Positions 54,201-63,200 of a stretch of DNA of 64,000 nucleotides are shown one piece after another. Source of the stretch: Bispira polyomma. Lineage: Eukaryota. How positions within the stretch are numbered: position 1 is the stretch's first letter; the number at the start of each line of letters is the position of its first letter. The position numbers were made by a program, and so were the translations under genes. The stretch lies in contig OZ287750.1 of NCBI GenBank assembly GCA_965649765.1, positions 76,012,001 through 76,076,000 of the forward strand. Reading direction: 5' to 3'. The notes under the pieces are model-generated. The model saw only the letters and a list, made by a program, of their open reading frames with translations, searched no databases and had not been told where the DNA came from.

Positions 54201-57200
54201 ATTCTAAGAATGGTCAAGACCTTACTTTAGTTAAGTAAAAGCCATGGTATTATTTTGTATTTCTATTCATAATTCTTAGCTAAGAAAATTTTTATTGTAA
54301 GAATAAGAACTTTAGTGAATTCGGCCCCAGATATGGTCGAATAGCAGAATGTATTTTTTCATTGCTTTGCACTGTGGTACCTTGGTGGGGCACTTTCTAG
54401 TTCTGTCATATATCAGTGAATTTTGTATGCTTTTTTTCAGGGAGAGTCTCAGTGACAGTTTTACCACCCCACTTGTAAGAATTAAATCTTTGGTAAGTGA
54501 AAAAAATTTTCCCCCCAAAAAAATCATCTATTTTTATTAGCAAAAAAATAACTTTGGTATAGATATAAATTTGTAAAAACAATAAAATCGAGAGGCACTA
54601 CATTGACTCAATTATAAAATCTCTGGTGATTATTGAAGCTAGATATTTCATACTTATATGTTCTAAACCTTAAATAATAATCTTTGTGACTGCTTTTAAG
54701 GAATTAAAATGTAATGAAAATTGGCTGAAATATTTGAGGACAACTTGGTAAAAATCTAAAAAGTTTGGGGGTGAATATACATTGATTAAACTTGGATGTC
54801 TCAGTAAGGCATCTACATGTTCAACGTAACAGTCTAACCTTTGACTCTGGAGAATTTACCTTAACCTAAATAACAGTTGTCCGGAATATATCCTAGGAAT
54901 TACATGTCAACAAGGGATGTCAATGTGCAACGTTTAATTTTATCTCATTTTGTCCAGAGAGCTATATCCTTCATCACAAAATCTTTTGTCCATTATATGT
55001 CAGTAACTACTACTTCATACTTGGTACAGGATGTTCAGTGTTGGTATAAAATATTCATTGGGAACCATAGACTGCATAGTTGTAGAAGGTCCTGGTTTTG
55101 TTAACCACAGTTTGACCTTTGATCATGCAGTTATGACCTTGACCTGATTAATGTTTTCCAAACTATATCTCAGTAACTACATGTCACAACATAGTTGGGA
55201 GAACTATTTTAAGCCAGGTTTCGATAGATATGGCAATATGCTGATTAACCTCCTTATGACCTTGGAAAAATAACCTTCCCCTAAAAAATCTTGTATGGAC
55301 TAAAACGGTATCTCTCTAGAGGTACATGTCAGAGTAAGTGGATGTTTCTATGCAGGTATTTTTCCGAGGCGATCAGCTGACGACTTACGGCAATTGTTTC
55401 AGTTTTATTGATATATAAGTATCTGTTTCTATGTGAGCAACGCTGATAGGCGGTCGGCAATGGAAAGCAATTTTTTTCTCTTCTGCTAGCGAAAACATAA
55501 AACCGGCGTCTGATTGCTGACATGGAAGCGTAGACTAAGTTTATATTTCCTATGTGCAACACCCCACTTTGACCTTATTTTAATCTGTGTGACCTTGACT
55601 TGAAAAAACTCTGCTCAGTACACAGGAAGTTAAAATTTTGCAGATAAGATATTATTAGAAGCTGTAGTGTATTTTATTAAATTCTGTATAATATATTGCA
55701 GGAGTGGGGCAGTGAGGGTTACCACATGTGGCTCATCAGTGAGGTCTTCATTGACGATTCCCCCAAACCACTGGATGTAAACCATGCTCATCATGTGAAT
55801 CTACCCAAGTTGTTACAGCTCAGCTTTGTCAAGAGTGCACTGTCAGTCAACCCATGTATGGTAAGTGTAGGCCGCATTTACAAACATTCTTGGAATACAA
55901 TTCTGATTCTCAGCCAATCAGATTCTTTGAAACATTATTTTCAGCTGATCAAATTGATTGAGACAAATAATTAAGAATAAGAATCTTTTTGAATACCAGT
56001 ACTCGTTACTGAAATATTTTGTCTTCAAATGGTTATTCAGAATGTTGCTTATTGGGTAACACACTTGCTTAGGAACACAGAACACCTGGGTTCAATCCCA
56101 AATAAACAGACAGAACATTAGGAGGCTTTATAGTCAAATGTCAACGTGCTCCATACACTAATATCAACTGAAGCACTCCAGATGCTCGAAATGCAGTGCA
56201 AGCATTTCTGATCTTGCAAATAAACTTCTGAATAATAAAATATTCAGAGTAAGGAATCTAAAATTAGCCACTGTATCTGAAATTCGTCACCCCTAAAATT
56301 GAGGCTTATTAAATAAAAACTGGCAAAAAAATAACTGGAATTTGGATAACTAAGGCAAAATAGTCCCAAAAATCTTGATTTTAGCAAATATTACTCACAA
56401 TTCTAACAAAAACTCAACATTTTCTAGGTGGCCAATTTCAGATACAGTGGCTAATTTTAGATTCCTTACTCTAACATATATTTTTTTATCGGGAAAGTGA
56501 TTTTCCAATAAAGTGATCCAATAATACTTGTAATGTAAGTGCAAGGGATGTTGCAATGTGAGTGCAAGGGATGTTGCAATGTGAGTGCAAGGGATGTTGC
56601 AATGTGAGTGCAAGGGATGTTGCAATGCGAGTGCAAGATATGTTGCAATGTGAGTGTAAGGGATGTTGCATTGTGAGTGCAAGGGATGTTGCAATGTGAG
56701 TGCGGGGGATGTTGCACTGGCTGACACTTTGTGTTAAAAAAAAATTCAATTTCAATTTTTTCCTATTTGTTTACCCGACCGATACCCCAATGTATAAACA
56801 TCGGTGTTTTACTCGACTTATTTCTAAATAATTTATCTGTAGTACAGATATTCATGCATTTAGTAAGTGTTGTGGGCTGACCTTATTTTAATCCTTGAAA
56901 TATGACCCTGACCTTAAAATTATTGTCTTAAGCTTTAAGACATGGCTCTCTAACATAATAGTTATTCCCTTAGTTTGTTTTCTTATATATTTACAGAGCA
57001 ACAGAGAACACCTGTTTCTCCAGGGTGAAGACAAGTTGTATCTAAACACAGAAGACAATATACCACAATGGCCTAGTAATGGGGATTCTGGTCAGGCAGC
57101 CTTCCTCATGAACAAACAGTGGCAGATTGTACCTATACCTCACGCCTATCTCAGTCAGAACTGGCCTATTAGGGTACTTTATTCAGTAAAATTATTTATA

Positions 57201-60200
57201 TGGCCCCCTTTTTGAATAAATCGCTCAGAATGCTTAACAAAGTAGAACAAATATATACATGTATGTGGATAACAGTGAAGAATGTCGTAGAATTATTGTA
57301 CAACTAAAAATTTTAAAGAGTTAAGATGTAAAATTAAGATTGTGTATAAATTAAACTACTGAAAATGAGACCAAAAATAAACAACATGTAATGAAGAACA
57401 AAAGTAAAGGACTAAACTGGATATTATGTATTACACCTAATATAAAGGCAAGTCTTTAAAAGTGTTTTTTTTTTTCAGACTTACTTAAAATATCTTTTGG
57501 TTAAGAGATTTAGTTTATAACACTAGTTCTGCTGGTAGTGCTGTAGAAACAATCTACGATTGAGGAGTGCAATGTTTTAACATAATGCTACAATTGTCAT
57601 GTTACAAGTGTTGCTGATATTGTTAAAGAAATAACCTACATCATTAGACAATTCTAACATGACTGTAGAATTGTAATGATTAAAATGCATAACACTACAT
57701 ATGTTAAATTTATATGCTAGCGAAAAACAGTATGGACAAAGTATTGAGTGTCTGAAAATAGTTTTTTTTTTTGTAAATAGTAGATTAAGTTCATTCATAT
57801 AAAACTGTGGCTATTAGTGGGAAAGTCATTTATGGGTCATGACTTCAAGTTCGAAGGGCTTTCAGTATTGACCAAGTATTAGAACATACAAAGAAACTGT
57901 AATTAGTTTTCCCAAAATGAAATAATCTGCCTGAACTAAAGAGAAGAACAAACTGTAAACTTGTTCTGGGTAAAAAAAAAAGGGTTTAAAAGTATTTATG
58001 ATCTTTTGTGGCATTTATATATTTAACGAAAATCGTTAAGAGAATGTTTATGTGTTCTGTTACCTTTGATATTTAATAGAATCTTGAGGCAAATTTGAAA
58101 AATTTACTGCTTTGGTGTGTTTAAAGTTTAATGCAGCATTTATAATATTTACATGCTCATTGAGCATTGTGGAGAATTTAGAGTGAAAAATACTTTAAAA
58201 CTTTACATTATCAGGAGGAAACCTGTTAATTTTATAAAATAACATAAAAACTTTTGTAGAGGACCTCATGTGTATATTTTATTAATCACGTTAAATATCA
58301 ATATCGGCATGAAACAAAATAATATATATTGTCAATACCAATAAACAACTTCCCAACTAGTGTTCATATTCATGAAGTAAATGTTTAAAGTGTTGTTTTT
58401 TTGTGTAATCCAGTTTTCCTCAGTCAATAGATCAGGTCACTTGGTTGCCGTAGCAGGGAAAACTGGCCTGGCCCACTATGCACTGTTCTCACGGCGATGG
58501 AAACTGTTTGGAAATGAAACCCAGGTAAAAAAGATCAGTTTTTGCAATGTACATATGTCTATATGTTTGGAAGTATACTAGAATCAAGTTATCCTTCTGT
58601 CTGTCAATCCGTAGACACAAATGGTAGTCGGTATTGAAACTATATTCTTCAACCTAATTGTATAAAAAATATGATCAGGAAATTATTTAATAAATGGTAT
58701 ATGGATGTCACTCTTTGTCATTCTTTATGTACTGTTCTAATTTTGTCAGAAAACGAAATATATGATAGCGAAAAAGAACAAAAAAACGAAATGTGAATTA
58801 CATATGTTTATATGGATCTAAAGCTGTCTCTATTGCTGCCTTTATGTTGTGAAATAGTTTCCCAGTTAAGGTTAAATCACTTGAAACACTTTCTGGTTTT
58901 AGGAAAAAGGCTTAAAACCCACCTCTTTAAATTTGCCTTCTTCCCCCCCCCCCCCCCCATCACCCCCCACCCTCACCCCCACCCCCCACCCTTAGTTCTC
59001 TCCCTGTACACTCCCACATCCTTCCTTACGACCTTGGCTATGTTTTTGGACTTCTCTATTGGTTAACTGATTCTGTTGTTCCACTTTAGAAGATGCTTCG
59101 CATTAATAAGATGCATTAAAAATCCATAATACAATACAAATACAATTTTTACACAGGAGAAGGACATGGTTGTGAGTGGTGGTCTGACATGGTGGAAGGA
59201 CTTCCTGTGTACAGCCTGCTATAACCTGCTGGATCAGAGAGATGAGGTAAGAGATCCCAGAATCAGAGAGATAAGGTAAGAGATCCTAGGATCAGAGAAA
59301 TGAGGTAAGAGATCCTGGGATCAGAGAGATAAGGTAAGAGATCCTAGGATCAGAGAGATGAGGTAAGAGATCCTAGGATCAGAGAGATACGGTAAGAGAT
59401 CCTAGAATCAGAGAAATGAGGTAAGAGATCCTAGGATCAGAGAGATGAGGTAAGAGATCCTAGGATCAGAGAGATGAGGTAAGAGATTCCTGGATCAGAG
59501 AAATGAGGTAAGAGATCCTAGGATCAGAGAGACAAGGTAAGAGATCCCAGAATCAGAGAGACGGGGTAAGAGATCCAAGGATCAGAGAGTTGAGGTAAGA
59601 GATCCTAGGATCAGAGAGATGAGGTAAGAGGTATCATCCGACTTTGACAATTTACACCCCCAACCTGGGATCATCCACTTGTCAACCAATTGGTCAGTCT
59701 CAGCTTCCTCAGGGAACATATCAGCCATGCTGTCACATATGGTGCAAAAAACAAACACCAATTAGCGGCCAGGTATCATTTATACACCTGGGTAGAGAGG
59801 GACAACTTTTGTGTTAAGTACCTTGTTTATGGGTACAGTTACCAGGCCAGCAGCTAGGATAGAACCTGGACCCTCAGATACGAAGTCAAATACTTTAACC
59901 ACTAGGCCACAGAGATTATAGAACTGTTTCAAGATGTGTTGCATGTAGACATTAAGGAGGGGCCATTGACATTGTAGGATTTGACCAATAAAGTCTGGAA
60001 TGATCAGAACTATTGTATTACACACTAAACCTATCTTGTGATGTAAGTGACATTAACCACCGACTCATACTGAAAACACAGTTAAGGCTTCTTAGTATAT
60101 TATATTATTTACTGTGTCAAATTTGGAAACATTATTGCCGATCAAAGAGAGAAATAGAAATAGCAATGGCTGGATTGTAGGGACTCAGCGGTCGACGTAC

Positions 60201-63200
60201 ATTACAATGGCCGGATTGTAGGGACTCAGCTGTCGACGTACATTACAAAACCTAATTTAAAATGTACAAAAACGTAAAATGTATTAGCGAAATTTTTCCT
60301 CAACTTTAACTACCTCAGCAAATATAATGTTTACATAGAACAAGCAAAGACAGAAATCTCTCATTATCTGTCATTTTTTTCAAAATCCATAAATTTTAAA
60401 TACTGCATGCCTGTTTTTAGGTATACAGGTACATCACAATGTAAAAAGCAATAAATACCAGTAATAAAAGTAATGATGGCCGGATTGACTATATTTCGGC
60501 TGGACTACCAAATTTTGTCTTATTGAATGTGTTACAGGTGAGGTTTTACCCCCGCGAGTGTAAACTGGATAACACCTTCTCTGAGGTGGTCAAGGTGCCT
60601 TCCCAGATCTTGTTACTCAACACTTTCCACGACGTTCTCGTCATACTGTGTGCTGACTGTCACCTCATGCTCTTTAAGCTCAACAGAGTCGGTGACAAGC
60701 CTTGTAAGTGTTGTGTATATAAATTTATGTTTTCCTAATTGTTTTGTACTACATGTCTTCTCTATTTTTAAACCTTCTGTTATCCAATCAAAATCTTGCT
60801 CTCCCAACATATTCGGATAATAGAGGTTCTACTGTATAGTAATATAATTTTGTTGGTCTTCATAGGTTGTCATCAGCGTAAACCCAAGGACCATTAAGCC
60901 TTCATTATCAGTTATTTTGTAGAGCTTGCCAACTTTGTTGAAGTTAGATTTCCACCTAACTTCAAATTACTAATATTATTAAAATGTCACACTAAAATAC
61001 AATATTTTTGAAAATTCCGTACAAAAGTAAACTAGACGGCTATTTTAACTTCTCCTACTAATCCATGTTTCTATCCTCTCAGATCCCACTGTAGAGGTTA
61101 TAAAAGTCCAAGAAGTGGCTGTTGGGAACTTCATTCCTCACCCGGCAACGGTGGTATCTGTTACCCTGACAACCATCAGGACAGAAACGGGTACGTAGTA
61201 CAACCCACCATCACAAAGGTGCTCAAAACATTTGCAAAATTTAAAAAAATGCCACAATTGTTTTTAGGGGAAAAAAATAAGTGAAATTAAATATTATGTG
61301 TATATTTAATTGCATATGTCACTCTTTCAGAGATGTGTATATGTTTTCAGTGGGGCTACAAGAGCTATAAATTTAAAGTTATGAATTGCCTTCACAGCAA
61401 ATGACATCTTCAAAGATGTCTTCAGTTTATACAAAATATATGCTTAATAGTATTTATAGTTTGCAAACTTTACAGACATTATGCTATTAATTTGACACAC
61501 ATAATATAAGCTTTCAAATGTTGTTCTAAAGATTGTGAGGGTAATATTTTTTCCAAAATGAGATAAAAAATTCTAAATGTGGGTATATCATTAATAACAC
61601 TAGAATACAAACTAGGGTGGGTGAGTTAATACTGCCTTATTCATTAAATTAATTCCTGTCAATATAGAATTTTCTTAAACATGTTTTGGATGTTTGTTTA
61701 AGTTTGATTTAAAAAACAAACAAACTTACAAGTGAACCAAATTCACAGAACTGTACAAAACAAAACGTGAAATACAAGAAAAAATGCGTAACAATTTGCA
61801 AGGTTAGTGCTTACTGTATGTCTATCTTGTGTAATTTTGATACTAAACCAGCTTTCCCTATACAAACTTGTATCATCCCCTAAAAGGCACTCATTCAGTG
61901 ATCAGTGCTTACATATTCTATTACCACAAGGTAATGAACCCTTTCTACCTTCTAACATTTTCATCAGGCTTCTGAAAAGGGTGCCGCCATATTTGAAATA
62001 ATATGTACAGCGTTCATGGATGGGTTTGGAAACAATCAACCCATCCAAACTGAGGGTGTCAGATTTGCCTGAGTATATAGTAGCCATATCAACATTAGTG
62101 TATTTCACACTGTGTTATTTCTGTTTGGTTTTATTTAATTAGCCACAGTCAGAATCCAGCCTCAGAACAACAATGAAGTGGAGAGCATCATTCTGAATGT
62201 TGCTGGCCGACTGCTCATGTTTCAGAGAGATCGATCAGGTGTGCAGGCAAAACCGAAAGAACACGGCAACAAAGAAAGACCTGTATGTACCTCTCTGCTC
62301 ATTTCAGGGGTAGTAAAAAGAGTTTAAAACATAAATTTAGGTGGGTGTTTACGTCGCTGTTTAGGTCATATTAAGCGGCCAGATATACTGGTTAAAGTAA
62401 CCACCAGCCTAGAGCAAGTACCTGACAAAACTTTTTCACATGAAGGAAAAAAACAGGATTTAATCCCACGTTCAAGCGATCTTAGGCTTTGCATTTTTCC
62501 AAAAGGGAAGGCTATTATTAAAGAAAACATTCTTGATATGTTGCGGTGTAACATATTCATAGGAATATGTATGAAACAATTGCACTATCTACAGAATATC
62601 TAGATTTCTTAACTCAAGGTTAATGAAGATGACCTGCATTACCATACAATTATCTAGTACAAGTCAGTATGTTATCATTTTCAGCAGTGCCTGAAGAAAA
62701 GAGATCTAACAATGTCTCATAATATTTTTGTGTTGTATTTTAGTGTTGTCAGGGGAGGCAGGTGATAGGTGGGTGCTATAATTAGAAAGGGGGCATTTAG
62801 AACAGAAACTATGTTGATCTTGCCCCTGTGTATTTTTTGTATAACTTCCATTCTGTGCTGTAATCGTAACTACTGTAGATCTCCATGTATGACAACCTGT
62901 ATAGTTTAATCTTGCCCTTGTGGTTCTTGTGTAGCTTCCATTCTGTGCCCCTGTGATGGTGGCGTCGTCTGTAGAGAACCTGTGGTACTGCTCCCACAAG
63001 AGTAACCTCAAACCCCACCTCACAGAGGCGCTCTGGCTTAGCTGTGGTGTGGCAGGAATGAAGGTATTCTTTTCAAATTTACATTCATTTGTCTAATTTT
63101 TATGTGGTATTCAAAGTGCTAATTGACCTTATTGTGTTGTTCTGTATTTACTGTATTCACAAACTGTCCTAGAATACAATTCTGAGTATTTTCTTAGGTT

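Noticed and set aside
56395-56755. Three overlapping minus-strand ORFs
   Set aside because: Artefact of the 23-bp minisatellite being stop-free on that strand.
51539-59630. 28-, 23- and 29-bp arrays as CRISPR arrays
   Set aside because: Units are head-to-tail with no unique spacers, there are no cas genes, and the context is a spliced eukaryotic gene.
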